Origin: Chrysomallon squamiferum
Lineage: Eukaryota > Animalia > Mollusca
Assembly (NCBI GenBank): GCA_012295275.1
Contig: CM022665.1
Coordinates: forward strand, 28,272,001-28,336,000
Direction of reading: 5' to 3'
Length of the DNA stretch: 64,000 nucleotides
The notes below the pieces were generated by a model. It did not search any database and had not been told where the DNA came from. It saw only the letters and a program-made list of their open reading frames with translations. The translations under genes and the position numbers were made by a program. This document shows, in pieces, positions 1-14,484 of the stretch (the stretch's first letter is position 1; each line of letters opens with the position of its first letter).

Positions 1-564
1 CTAAATACATTCTGAAATTTCCAAGTTTTACTTTTTATTGTAGGCCAGAATTTGCTAGTAATAAAGTATGGTATTAAAATAACAAGCTCGTAAGATTATG
101 TTTAGAATTAATGAGCATTATTATATGTCCTGTAATGAGTATGAGTACACGTGTGCTTGTGTGTATATGTGCGTCTGTGTGTGTGTGTGTGTGTGTGTTA
201 AAAAATCTTTGGTATTGTAATCTATATATGTTTCTATGTGTGTTTTTTTGTTATTCTACACATTTTTCTCTTTTTTTGTCATCTGAGTAATATCTAACGT
301 GACAGATGGAAGTTATTTCACAGGAGAACTGAAACTTAATAACAAATCTTTCATTTTCATTGAAACATGTGTTTCCTATTTTATCCTGTTGAAATGTTTT
401 GGCTTTGTATTTAAACACTGAGATGAATCATGGAAAGTCTCAATAACATACACTCAGTTATGTTTGTCCATTATCTAGAACTCTGTTTCTACTATCAGTA
501 CTGCATCTACTACTTCTACTCCTCCTCCTCCTCCTTCTACTACTACTGCTACTACTACTACTAT

Positions 565-596
<32 letters not shown>

Positions 597-1968
597 TTAC
601 TACTGCTACCAAAGATATTATTAGTACCACTACTATTGCTGGTACTACTATTACTACTTCTAGTATTAAGAATGCTATTATTACTACCATTACCAGTCCT
701 ACTACCTATGATTTAGCTCGGATGTATTTATAATTGTGTATGAATAATATTAGTTTAATTGTATCTGTGTCCGTGTGGGTATGTGTTTGTGTGCATGTGT
801 TAATTCGTGCTTATCTACTTACTTACTTACTTACTTACTTACCTGCCTACATACACAGGAAGCGTTTACATCCACATACTGAGCACACACACACATACAC
901 ACGTGTATATTTATATATATAAACACACACACGCACCACACACACACGTACACACACATATACAGACACACACATAACATGCTACATACATGACACTATA
1001 TAATACAATACAAGACAGAACATTTGGTGTCAAATTAAAACGAATTTAGCACGCCACGCTGCGGACAATCTCCGTGACAACAACTTACAGCGAGAAATAT
1101 TATTTGTAATGAGTATTACAAGAATGACTCTGATTTGCACAATATATTGATCAGAAAAAGATCTATATGAGCTGACATTCAGCAGCAGACGTCGCCGTCA
1201 TCAACAACGTTCTCTTTATTTGAACAACCTGTCTTTTCTTTGTGAAATTTAAATTAGAACTCCAGAATCTGGATTCAATATCTTTTTTCTTTTTCTTTTT
1301 TTCTTTTTCTACTTTTCTTTTTTTTCTTTTTTTTTTAAATGAAAAACGTATAACAGTACCGATTGTATGGATTATATAAATGGATGGTTTCTTATCAATT
1401 ATTTGTTAAATGATTTGAAGTTTTATGCTTGAAGCGTGTAAAACTTAAATGAATTTTGGCCTGGAAACAGTTCCATTTTGAGGTGTGGGCGCATAGAACA
1501 GTTGCCTAATGATCCCAATGGTCCAGGGCCCCAAGGAATCCATGTATGAAATACCAGTAACATTTTCGTGGTTGTATATGGATGTAAGAGGCCCATTGCA
1601 ATTGTTTTGTGTGACTATAATGCTGTTATGCACGGTCCTGCCTGCAAACATAGTAAACCTGAAACTAATGCAAATACAAACTGTTTAAATATTTTGTTTA
1701 TTTAATTATAAACCGTTATGAAAGCTATGATGAATAATCTATATGGCACAGATACTCCCTAAAAAGATTAGCTATGCTGTGTAATCCTGCGTTAATCGTC
1801 ATAGATTGCTACACTGAAATTTGTAATTAAACTAAATGAAAAGAAATTACTTAGGATTTCTGAAATGAATGACACTTCATATCTGGACGATGACGACATT
1901 GACGAAACAATCAATATAATTATTACCGCCACCGCTATCGCTACTACCATCACTAACAACAATAATGA

Positions 1969-2000
<32 letters not shown>

Positions 2001-2346
2001 ACAACAACAACAACAGTAATAATAACGAGAAAAGAAGAACGAGAAGAAGAAAATTAAAAATTTAGATATATTTTTATGAGCACGAATAATCGTTTAAAAG
2101 AAACATAACAGCAGAGTGATGGATACCTGTGTGCGTGTGTGTGTGTGCGTGTGTGTGTGCGTGTTAAAATATTTAACAGCTTCATTTTCTGTACTCTTTA
2201 TTTAATTCAAAGGTTCTGTGTTGTCGGTGTTTATTATTATGATTATTATTATTATTATTATTATTATTTTGTTTATTTATTTATTTGTTTATTAATTTAT
2301 TTTTTAAAGATTATTTTATTATAACAAGCTCTGTTTTTTGTCGTTT

Positions 2347-2406
<60 letters not shown>

Positions 2407-2569
2407 TTTAACATGAAAAACAACTATAACTAATCTTATAACTATTATAAGCAACCATTTATATTTTACTTGTATGGGCTTGGATAAAATAAAATATTTT
2501 TAAAAAGTGCTGCATTCGTTAACTTGTATTTATTTATATTGTAAGATGTTAATGAAATAAATATTTACT

Positions 2570-2870
2570 GATGTTTTTATTAATTATACTTATATGTTCT
2601 TATGTTACTGTGTACTAAACTTATATTTTCCGATACATTTGCGCACTTTACTTACATTTTCCGATGTATTTTTGTATCATTATTTATATTTATATTATAT
2701 TTATATTTATCCATGTATTTGTGCATTATTATTATATTTTCCGATAAAACTGTGCACTAAACTTTTATTTTCCACTATATTTGTGTTACACACTTATATT
2801 TTCCGGTATATTTTGTGCTATATACTTACATTCTCCGATCTGTTTGTGTGCTATATTTATATTTTCCTGT
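2570..2870. repeat. Degenerate ~34-bp minisatellite
   Basis: Recurring ttatattttccgat...tttgtg(c/t)a unit. Confidence 0.6.
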
Positions 2871-4272
2871 GCATCTATCTGATGCCGAAGGACGTCATCA
2901 AAAGTTGGTTAATTCATTAACTGCCTGCATTATGTAAAAAGTACATTTCGTTTAATATCAGTTCTAGCGCTAATCATGACAACTTTTGTGAAAGCAATAA
3001 CTGATAGTTGTTCTATTAAAGAAAAGTAATATCGAAAGCAACTGTATTATTTAGTTAGAGTGTTGTCCATGTAATTATTAGTAACTCTAGCAGTTACAGC
3101 AATTGTCAGTTATTACAGGTAAAACGAAAGAAACTGTATCAGTTTATACAACATATGTAGCATCTACCATATTTTAAAACAGAATTAAAATTGTATTAAT
3201 AGTCTTTGTCGTTACTTTTGTAGTGGTAGTAATGACAGTAGTAGTAGTTGTTGTTGTAATATTATTTAATATTAGAGTAGTAATATTGAGGTGGTGGTGG
3301 TGGTGGTAGCAATAGTAGACAGCAATAGTAGTAGTAGTAGTAGTAGATGGTTGCCGTAGTAATATATGCATGACTAGTAATAACAATAATACTAATAAAT
3401 AATAATCGTAATAATGGAATTAAATAATAATAAGAGTGCTGGCTTTTAGCTAAATTGATAGTTATATCACAACATGTAGGCTATATTTTTGAACTAGTTT
3501 GATTTTATAATAATTTTAAATATTCATTAATGATAGTTGCAATAGTAAAATACTGATGGTAAATGATCACAGACGTAGTTGTTGTGGTGATAGTAAGTTT
3601 GGTTGTGTTGAGAGATGAAAATAATCGTAGTAATAACATATCATTATTGTAGTAGAAGAGATGGCTATTGTATTAGCAAAGTAATGTTTTAATGTAATAG
3701 CAAAGTCAGTCACGGTAATAGTGTTAACTGATAGCAGTAAAAGAGATAGTATTAGTCTTGAGAGTTATAGCGGTAATACTACTGGTGTTATTATTAAAAG
3801 CAAAAAACATGATCATTTCGACGTAATTTAATAGCAATGTTAGTAGTAGCAAATTTACTTATGCAAATAGGAGCAATGATGATACTGACGGTAATAATAG
3901 TACTAACAGTCGTAGTAACAGTGGTAATGATGATAGCAGTAGTAGTTGCAGCTGTAGTAGTAAAAGTAATAATATTAGTAGTAGTAGTAGAAATAGTGCA
4001 GTTCCTGCAGTCGTAGTAATAGTAGATCAGTAGCAATAGTAGTAACAACAATAATGGCAATAGTAACAATTATAGTGGTAATAGTAGTAGCAATAACAAT
4101 TGCAGTAGGAACATCAGAAACAGTAGCAGCAGAAGTAATAACAGTAGTAGTAGTAGTTGTAGTTATTGTATTTGCAATAGTAATGACTGTAGTAACAACG
4201 GTAGCGGTCACATAACTATAACTACAGAAAGATTAGGTAAAAACAGAAATAAAGAAAAAGATATCACGTTAC

Positions 4273-4503
4273 TTGTCCATCTCTAGGCTGGTCAAAAGTC
4301 ACTGTCAGTTCGTCCTTGCCCTCTGACAGACGTCTGTTTTGTATTGCACATTTCAGTTCTTCTTTAATCAGCGGCGTCATCCTCCCCGTCTTCAACACCT
4401 CCACCGTCGCCTTCACGAGGTTAGCATCGGCAGCGAGGGAGATGGTTTCTGTGAGATAATCAGGCAAAAAATCGTCCACTCTCCTTGGTTCCGTTTCGTC
4501 CAT
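4273..4503 (-). CDS. ATF3: ATF3/JDP2-like bZIP paralogue A, N-terminal coding exon (basic and zipper exons not found in window, probably beyond position 1)
   Basis: Encodes MDETEPRR...TGRMTPLIKEELKCAIQNRRLSEGKDELTVTFDQPRDGQ, resembling vertebrate ATF3 LTPFVKEELRFAIQNK. Phase-0 donor CAA|GTAACG at 4272, in the same position as paralogues B-D. Acceptor ttgttaactgtag| gives an exon start at 4541. The symbol denotes family, not proven orthology. Confidence 0.85.
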
Positions 4504-5141
4504 CCCAGCCTCCGTGTGTCTGTCTTCTGTTTGTGTGTCCTCTACAGTTAACAAATTAACAAAGTCTTATCCTTGCTAATCAATGTTTACCATTAGCAAA
4601 AAAAATAAATAAATATCAAAGCAGATCGGAAAAAAAAAGATCAGAAAAAAAAGAAGAAAAGACAAGCAAATCGATATTTTCGTTACTACTTCTCTATCAT
4701 TTCTTTGTTGTGAAGGATAAAGAAAGAAAAGGTAAGAAATTAGTTTTAATATTTATGCACTTCTGCTTAATGCATTCACGTAACCCCTATCCGAAAATAC
4801 ACTTCAGTTTAAGAAAAAATATAAAGAACATTCTCTTGATTATGTCATTTGCCCACATCTGCTGACGTAAGTTCTCAAGATTAAAGGTTATTTCAGCAGA
4901 AAAAAAGGATAAAAAAAGAAAAAGAGAAAAAAAATCCTCATTCTAGTTCCAGCTTAAGACAGTAGAATACTTCAAAAAGCAATAGTAAACATGCATCTTG
5001 GTCCATTTTTTATTTTTATTTTTTTTAAAATATGCAAATGATGCTTCGTTGTATTTATTTTGATATTTAGATAATAGTGTTATAAATATACTGCAAACTG
5101 ACGACTCAGAAAGCTACGGTTTAATGTAATTTTTGGCTTAC

Positions 5142-5240
5142 CTCAGGACCCCAGTCGTAAAATCCATGAATGACAGTGCAGGAGGTCCGCCATCCACAGG
5201 TATTCTTTCAGGAGATGGTAAACACAACTTGTCCTTCTAC
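5142..5240 (-). other. Putative first (5' leader) exon of paralogue A
   Basis: Strong donor GAG|GTAAGC at 5141-5140, with a TATA-like and CRE/CCAAT cluster immediately upstream. The TSS position is approximate. Confidence 0.55.
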
Positions 5241-5257
5241 TGCATGCTAGAACAAGC

Positions 5258-5316
5258 AGCCTATTTAAGGAGCCTTGCGTCAGGGGACCTAACTCGATCA
5301 CCAATCACGTCAGCGA
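5258..5316 (-). promoter_or_regulatory. Putative core promoter of paralogue A (TATA-like, two TGACG half-CREs, CCAAT)
   Basis: Minus strand reads GCTGACGTGATTGG ... TGACGCAAGG ... CCTTAAATAGG, about 120 nt upstream of the donor at 5141. Confidence 0.5.
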
Positions 5317-5522
5317 GAAAGAACTACCGTAGTATTGATCGTAAGAGCCGAGCAAAAGCTTTTTTGAATTATTAATCACTGAAGATATAAAGTGATTTAT
5401 TATGATAATAAATTATCAGAGATTTAAATGGTTTTATTATTACTGTTATTATTACTAATACAGTAACCACCACCGCTACTACTACTACTTCTACCACCAC
5501 CACCACCACCACCACCACTACA

Positions 5523-5566
<44 letters not shown>

Positions 5567-6108
5567 CACCATCACCACCACTACTACTACTACTACTTCT
5601 GTCACTACTACTACCATTACTACTGCTATTTCAACAGCAACACCAACAGCAACTACTACTACTACTACCATTAGAAATTCGACTCCTATTACTACTATTA
5701 TAAATTATACTACTAGTAGTAATGGTTGTAGTGGTTGTTTTTGTGGTAGCAATAGTAGTTGTGTTTACTATTATTTCTGCTGTTGTTGTTACTACTTCTA
5801 ATACCGTTAATATCGTATTACTACTATTACTGAATTACATTTAAACATATATGAATTTAACTAAAAATAATAAATAAATGAATAAATAAAATGAATAAAC
5901 AAACAAAGAAATAAATAAATAAAATAAAATAAAATAAATAAAATAAAATAAAATAAATAAAATAAAAACTAATAAATACCTAATATAATTTCAAATTTGC
6001 TTTTATATTTTACTGATACTATTTATATAAAATTAAGCATCTAACAAAATGACTGGAAAACAGCATCAGTAATAACAATTAAAAAAATAACAATAATAAT
6101 AATAAAAA

Positions 6109-6154
<46 letters not shown>

Positions 6155-6461
6155 GTATGATAATGATGATGATGACGATGTGATAATAAAGACGTTTATG
6201 GTGTTTATGAAAAATCAACAACAGCCACAGCAGTAGCAGCAACAACAACAACATTAATAATAATAATAATAATAACAATAATAATAATAATAATAATAAA
6301 TTAAAATGAACAAATAATTATGCTGTACCTGATGCTGTAAAAAAATACGTTGTATAATGTTTACTTTGATTATATATAGTAACACGTAATATCGTGACAT
6401 GTAAACAAAAATAAAGTATCTACTTAGACTTTGCTCCGTTTAACACATCTTTGTGCATATA

Positions 6462-6471
6462 GGGAATTTCC
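6462..6471 (+). promoter_or_regulatory. Consensus NF-kB site GGGAATTTCC
   Basis: Exact match to GGGRNWYYCC, about 1.2 kb upstream of the putative TSS of A. Confidence 0.35.
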
Positions 6472-7229
6472 ATGGGCGTTTTCTCTTCATTTCTCTCTCT
6501 CTCTCTTTCTCTTCTCTTTTTTTCTTCTTTTATTATTTGTTTATTTGTTTATTTGCTTGTTCTTTTTGTCTTTTTGTTAGTTATATTTTTCTTTTTGTTC
6601 TTAATTGTGAAATAAAACCTGTATCATAATTTATATTATACAGCAAACTGTATTAATGTAAGCATATATTTTTATCATCATCTAATGTAGTACAAACTGA
6701 TCTGGTAGTGTTGTTGTTACCAGTGCTGTTGCTACTGCTAGTACCACCAACATCACCACGACTGTTATTGCATTATTATTATTACTATCATCATCATCAT
6801 CATCATTATTATTTTCATTGTTACCCGAAATTACAACGATCTTACTAAAGGTTAGTGCTGAATTTGATGTTTACATTCAAATCAGGTAAATAATAACATA
6901 TGAAATATTTAAATAATATTAAAATGTATGAGTTGTAATAACATCAACACCAACAACAACAAGGTAAAAAAAAAATAATAATAATAAAAAAAAAACTACT
7001 GTTGTTTTTTTTTTTTTTTTTTTTTATGTAATCGATATTTATACATGTAATTATCAATTTTATTATTAAATTTAGATGTATTTAATTACACATTTCTACC
7101 TTTATAAACGAATATAAAACGTAATTATGCATAACGATATGTTTGTTTCTAGATAGTTATCAGTTACACGTATAAACAAATACTATCCCTGATTTCATAA
7201 AGCTACAACCATCTACAACGCTATCATAG

Positions 7230-7660
7230 GCTTAACAACAAAAAAGACGCCCCGTTTTTGTCCACTGGTCAGCTCACGCCCCATTTGTCTGACCATATTA
7301 TTAACTCCCACACCCACCGTCACCACGCCCACATCGTTCACCCACTGTAGCTGGCCGACAATAAACCTGTTTTAAACAGAATTTAAAAAAAAAAATACTA
7401 TTTTGCTTCATAAATACGGTATTATGCAACGGGACGCAACTCACGAAGCATTATTACAACAAATTATGTGCTGGACATTACCATAAAAAATTCCGACCTT
7501 GGACAGTGAGTCATGTCCCCGCTCGCTTACTGGTATTGACCGTCAGTTCTCGTAGCTGATTCATCGAGAGGAAACCCGCACTGCGCACGCGCAGACCGTC
7601 TCTGAAGACGATTTCGTGTTAATGTGAACCGATGGACGTAAGCATAATGCTTGGTATGTC
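7230..7660. promoter_or_regulatory. GC/CpG-rich enhancer-like island upstream of A
   Basis: Non-coding GC island in an AT-rich background. Contains AP-1 TGAGTCA (7507-7513), several CACGCCC/CCCAC KLF/SP/EGR-type boxes and a TGCGCACGCGCA NRF1-like element. Confidence 0.4.
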
Positions 7661-7672
7661 ACTCGTATAGTA

Positions 7673-7706
<34 letters not shown>

Positions 7707-8103
7707 AAGAGAGATGAAGTGAGATCACATGACCAAATACAGTAGTTACCAGTAATTATCCTAGATGTGCTACACAGGGAAATGTTTGTTTTCGTGGTTT
7801 ATTTTTAGCAGCGAACGCTGAACCGAGGCTGAGAAAAGCTGGAGGAATTTATTGATTAATTTTCATCTAACGACTATCGCTTGAAACAAGGAAGTCGTGA
7901 TGGCTTTATATCCACACGAAGATGAATGGGGAATTAGGAATTACAGAGAGACGTACGGACAGATGTATTGACAGATGTGTTGTGACAGACAGACGGACAA
8001 AAGAAAAGTCAAACAAATGAATTGACTGATTGTCTGACGAAGTAAACAGTATAGAAAAATAGCACGAATTCAAATAGTCATTCAATTTATGCATTTACAG
8101 GCG

Positions 8104-8194
<91 letters not shown>

Positions 8195-9438
8195 CTGATG
8201 TTGTTTGCATTACATTTATAAATAAAAATAATAAAAAACAACAACACCGCAAAACTAACAACAGTCTTACAACTCGTAATTATTCAACAACAACGACTTC
8301 AACAGCAAGGAAAATGGTTGCCCAGTAGGAATAATTTAATTTGATAAATGCTAGTGAAACAATAAAGAAAACTGAAGGACGGTTACAACACAGAACACGT
8401 CAAACATCCTTGGGACACCACACACAGAGCTTTTGTCAGTCCCACCCAATACCCAGTTACTTTGTTGTTTTTGTTTTCTTTCATCAAAAACTGTCATATA
8501 TACTTTACTGTTTACTGAAGAGCACATATGAAAGATTGCTTGCTGCTAATCAAAAAAAAAAAAAAAAGAAGGAAAAAGAACAAAATAGAATAGCTTATTG
8601 CATAGTGATATCTAATCATCTGTATGTCGCTATAAAAATTATAACCCTAGATAACAAAAAGCTTAGACAACACTTCAAAATATGGTAACTCGATATGGTT
8701 AATTTCAATGCGATGTATCAGCTTTCTTTTTTTTTTCTTTTTTTTTTTCTCCTACCTTTTTATTTTTCTTTTTTCTTTTTTTCATAGCGTAGCAAAAAAA
8801 AAAAAAAAAAAGTTTTACGTGCCATTAGATGTTCCTACATTTCAGTGTAGATTACATGGTCTGATAGCTCTAAGTTTTTTTTTTTTTTTTTTTTTTTCTC
8901 CGCGTCCAGCCTGTCTCGTCGACAAAGCAACATAAAAACAGTGAATTAAAAACACTGACACTCCAGTGTTAAATAATAAGCCACTGAAAGAAGGTCTGCT
9001 AGACGTTTGTGTATTGTTATCTTCATCACCCAGGTACTGCTGTTAGGCTAAAGCCAAGGTTAATTACCAGTGTTTTATAGATGTCACACGGTATAAAGGT
9101 AATAATAAAACACGTAGAAAAAAATAGAAAAAAAAAGAAAAGAAAAAACAATCATTAAATCTCTCTTTAAGTTTTCATTTATTTATTTTTTAATTTTAAA
9201 ATGTTTTTGTTTTAATTAATTAATTAATTAATTTGTGTAATTTGTTTTTTGTAAAAATGTTCCTTTATCATAGGTAGGTTATATCTGTATCTATGTCTTC
9301 TGTTTGCTTTTCTGTTTGTTTCTTATGTTTGATTGCCTGCTTCTTTTCTTAACTATTTATCGGTCTGTCTGTCTCTCTGTCTATCTATCAGTTAAAAAAG
9401 ATGTAGAAATAAAATAAAATGAATATCATTAAAATCAC

Positions 9439-9515
<77 letters not shown>

Positions 9516-9674
9516 AAAAAAGAAAAAAGAAATAATTTGTTAGTGTAATTTAAATATGCAATTTAAAAGGGGATTCCGACTGTAACATATACATACAGAC
9601 AGACACACACATACGCACACATACGTGCAAACGTACACATACATAACCACATTTGTTAATATAATTCAGATACT

Positions 9675-9705
<31 letters not shown>

Positions 9706-10173
9706 CTCCTTTTTATGTCTCTAACATTATCCAGTCGAATTTAAAAATCAGATGTTTGGTTTAGTTATTTTTTTATTTTATTTTTTTTAACTTAGAAAAA
9801 GCAAAACCTTTAGTATTATTTTTTAACTTGTTATTATTTCCTGATGTGCTGTAAAATATTGATTCATTCGATTAAATGAAAAAAGACTTTCTATATGCAG
9901 TATAAATAGAAGATCAATCATGCCGCACTAATTATTTCTAATGATTATTCATTCATTATTAAAATGATAATGGTTTAATGAAAATACGTCTCTTTGTGTC
10001 CAGGTTAATGTTTTGCTTCTTTTTCCTTTTATTTTTACGTTATGTATTGTATTTTAAAAAACGTAAAGCAAAATCAACTTTTAATGGCTCTTTCAAATTA
10101 CCAATTTACTTTTAAATTAACCCTGATATTAATATTAGACTGTTACTAATTTATGTATGTATGTATGTATGTA

Positions 10174-10228
<55 letters not shown>

Positions 10229-10770
10229 GTATATATATTCTTAAAATCTTTAGCTAAATTTAACACCAGTAACATTACCATCACAATCACCTCTACAACA
10301 GCCACAACAACAACAACAATAGTAATAATAATAATAATAATAACAACAGCAATTATAACAATAATAATAAATAATTAAAATGATTGCAAATAAATGCAAA
10401 TAAATAAAATAAAATAAAATAAAAATAAACAAATAATTAAAATGAAAATAAAATAAAATAAAAAATATCAAAAATAAAAATTAAATTAAATTAAATTAAA
10501 TAAAATTAAATAAAATTAAATTAAATATAAATTAAATTAAATATAATAAAACTTAATTATAATTAAATATAAAAAATATAAAAATTAAAATTAAAGTCAA
10601 AATTAAACTGAAAAATAAATAAAAAATAAAGAGAAACTATATAAAAAAAAGAAAATTAGTGTGATGACGGCGACTGCCACGTGTTCAGCGACATGATAGT
10701 GTGAGTAATACACAGTAGTTAGTCACCGTTGTAAAAGAAATGGAATTCAGTCTTGAAAGTCAGTGTGACA

Positions 10771-10811
<41 letters not shown>

Positions 10812-11424
10812 ACACACACGTTTTTATCGGCTCCTCATTATACGGCAATGAATCTTCTATTCTTCATCTTGAAAAAAGAAAAATCATTTTACCAAAGATA
10901 GAGATTATAAAAATTTGAGCTATATTTTTTTTTGGCGAATTAGTAATTCTGATCCAAACCAAAGGAAGCAAGCAACATTCACAATAAAAACTGACAAATG
11001 CCAAACCACTAACGAATAAATGAATAAATAATAAAATAAAATAAAATAAAATGTAATAAAATATAATAAAATAAAATAAAATAAAATATAATAAAATAAA
11101 ATAAAATAAAATGTAATAAAATATAATAAAATAAAATAAAATAAAATGAAATGAAATGAAATGAAATGAAATAAATATGTTAGTAAGTAAATTAATAATT
11201 AAATAAAGCTTTGCAAACATAACTAAAAATTATTTTAAACTGCTGTTTGTTGAATTTAGAAATTATATTTTTGACTATAAAACGAACAGACGAATAAATG
11301 AATGAAATATCAAATGAATGGTATAAAGAGAACATAGAACGCTAAACGTGAAAAAGATCGAACAAACAATGTAATATTATTTTACTGGCTTTTTCTTAAC
11401 TTTACAGTTCGTTTACTAAAATGC

Positions 11425-11508
<84 letters not shown>

Positions 11509-11848
11509 GTACGTGTGATCAACAGCATACAGCAATAATTAAAAAAACATCATCAACAAATTAACATTATCGCTTATTCCATTAATAATTATATTGATAA
11601 CCACTCAATTCTCATTTATCAATGAGAAAAACAACAACAACAACAACAACAGCACATTCATATCTGAACCCTGCGATAGACAGGATATTACATCCCACAA
11701 GATTTAGCAAATCGTGTTTATACGCGAAGGGGAAATAACTCCCGTTTTTTAAAATGAATTGGTTTCGATCAAGAAGCGATTAGTAAACATTATAAAAAGT
11801 GTTATAACCGTCACGCTCAGTGGCGCATGTATCACAATCGACTACTCC

Positions 11849-11882
<34 letters not shown>

Positions 11883-12727
11883 TGTATCCGTGTATGTGAG
11901 CTGAACTTCGACAGTCCTTTTAATTCAATATCTACGTACAGTAAGTACACAACACAGACAGCGCCGCCGCAAACGGAATAGCGTGCCAAAATCTGCGTGC
12001 ATAAACCTTAATTGGCTGCAAGAAATATAAACAAATCTAAACCGGCATTATGAGTCTAATTTTGTGTTTTATCTATAGGATTGATACAAATATGAAAATT
12101 CCTGTTTATTTGTTTATTTATTTATAGTCGAGAAAAGATCATTTTAGAAATGTTCGGTTTGCACCGAATGACCCGTACTCCAGACCCGCCGGGAGAAGTC
12201 AGCTGGTTCGGTAATATTGATGAAGTGAAAAATTAAAACGTGGACGTCTGTGTATGTATGTGTGTGTATGTAATAAAGTTCGTGAAAATAAAAGGATTTT
12301 AAACTACGTCCTGAGCTTACTGAAAATAAACATCAAAGTGTTTCGTTTTTATAGTCAGTATCAAGTTGTGTTAAATGTTCACGTCTAGTTTGTTATTTGT
12401 TTGTTTGCTTGCTAGCTTGTTTTAACTGATTAGTTTATGTATGTATATATATATACGATGTTATTGTTCTTGCTGTTGTCTTTGTTATTAATGTATTTAT
12501 ATCCATAACCACCGTCGACATCATCAATGTCATCATCAGCATCATGATCGTCGTCTCTGACGCTTTTGGGTGTATGCACACTCGTACACTGTTCTGTGTG
12601 TGTGTTTATGTATATATATATTATTATTATTATTAGGTTTTTTTGTTGTTGTTTTTTTCAACGACGACAACAACATAAATCTAATAATATATATATATAA
12701 ATAATATAATTATATATCTATGTGTTT

Positions 12728-12826
<99 letters not shown>

Positions 12827-13591
12827 ACATGTGTTTGTATGTCTGTGTGTGTTTCCACAAACGACAGACTGAACTAATTTTGGAAATTTGCCACTACTGG
12901 GACACGAACTCAGATCTCCCCTCTCTGAACTCGTGAACATGTCAATTTGTAGTTGTATTATTATTCTTTTTTTTTTTTTTTTTACATCCTATGCACTAAT
13001 TTGCCGAATTTAGTTTATATTCCACCACAAAAGAAGAAAAAAAGATTTGGCAACCAAACATGATAAAGGTTTCAGTTGCACAGCAGGTGACTTTGGGTAA
13101 CCAGGTACGTTAATGTAATATTCAGACAGCAAATCAAAATCACTCTACAAGAATCAATGCTGTACATTTTAAGTTTATTTATGGCTTCTTTGAAAATGTA
13201 TGTTTAATTCAGAGTTCAAAGCAGTAACACAGTTCACCATCGAAATCATGTATCGTCCGCCGAAGCGAGGACTAACTTATTGATATATGACAGACAGACA
13301 GAAAGACAGACACACTGAGAGACAGACAGATCTAAAAGCAAGATTACAGACAGAAATGTTGCTGAAGAGATATTTATTAATGTGATATAGAGTTTAAAAC
13401 AGGACATTTTGAAAGTATTTCTTGTTAAAGTAAAACGCTAATTAACAATTTAAAAACTCAAAAGTTAACACAAACGATTTTTCACATTTATCATGTTAAA
13501 AGTCGTAATTATTATTCAGAAGAATGAAAAATAAATAATTAATAAGTAAGAGTTAAGACATTCAGTATTAAAAACATTTAATATTTTAAAA

Positions 13592-13629
<38 letters not shown>

Positions 13630-14209
13630 AAATAAATAAATAAAAATATAATAACAGGTAACAATTAACAGATCCTATATTTAAAATTTAATAAAAATTA
13701 TTCACACACACACACACACACACACACACGTACACACACTTTTCAAAAAGGAATAACAAACACGTCCTGCATTACTAAAAAGACTAAAATTAAAACAACA
13801 CGTAAGAAATAAATAAAAAAAAAAAAAAAAAAAAACCCACTAAATAAAAATGGAGTAGTTAAATATTTTCGACACAAAGGGTATCTGACAGGTAATGCAT
13901 TGCCTGGAAACACGATCCTGTGATTCATGGGCTGACTGGTCACTTAATGTTACGCAGAGTTTAACATTTGTTTTTCTCATCTCCTTTCTCGAATCCCCGC
14001 GGCGCTTCTGGTCACCTCAGTAAACTTAGCTCATAAATAAAGGCTGGGCTTACATACGGAAAGGATAGGCATTTGCTATTAGGATTGAGGGAAATTAAAA
14101 AAAAAAAAATTTAAAAAAATATTATATGTATATATTTTTTTTCATGACAAGCTGTAGTTTTATTATTATTATTATTATTATTATTTTTTTATTATTGTTA
14201 TTGTTATTA

Positions 14210-14262
<53 letters not shown>

Positions 14263-14310
14263 GGTGGTGGTGGTGGTATTATTATTATTATTATTATTGT
14301 TATTGTTATT

Positions 14311-14341
<31 letters not shown>

Positions 14342-14441
14342 TTATTATTGGTGGTGGTGGTGGTGGTGTAATTATTATTATTATTATTACTAAGATGAAA
14401 CTACCACTCAAAATAACTGAATGTTTAACGTTACCCCAGAA

Positions 14442-14484
<43 letters not shown>

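Noticed and set aside
430-4211. Poly-Y/L/V/T/N ORFs here and throughout the window
   Set aside because: Translations of (TAC)n, (AAT)n, (TAG)n and similar microsatellites; no splice or domain support.
1-4272. Search for basic and zipper exons of paralogue A; possibility that A is an orphan exon or pseudogene
   Set aside because: No NxxAAxxxR exon was seen, but B's equivalent intron is 10.6 kb, so absence in 4.2 kb is uninformative. A was not called a pseudogene.
6454-6466. 13-mer tgcatatagggaa shared with 44824-44836 upstream of C
   Set aside because: Matches of this length are expected by chance in 64 kb of AT-rich DNA, and the positions relative to the genes differ.
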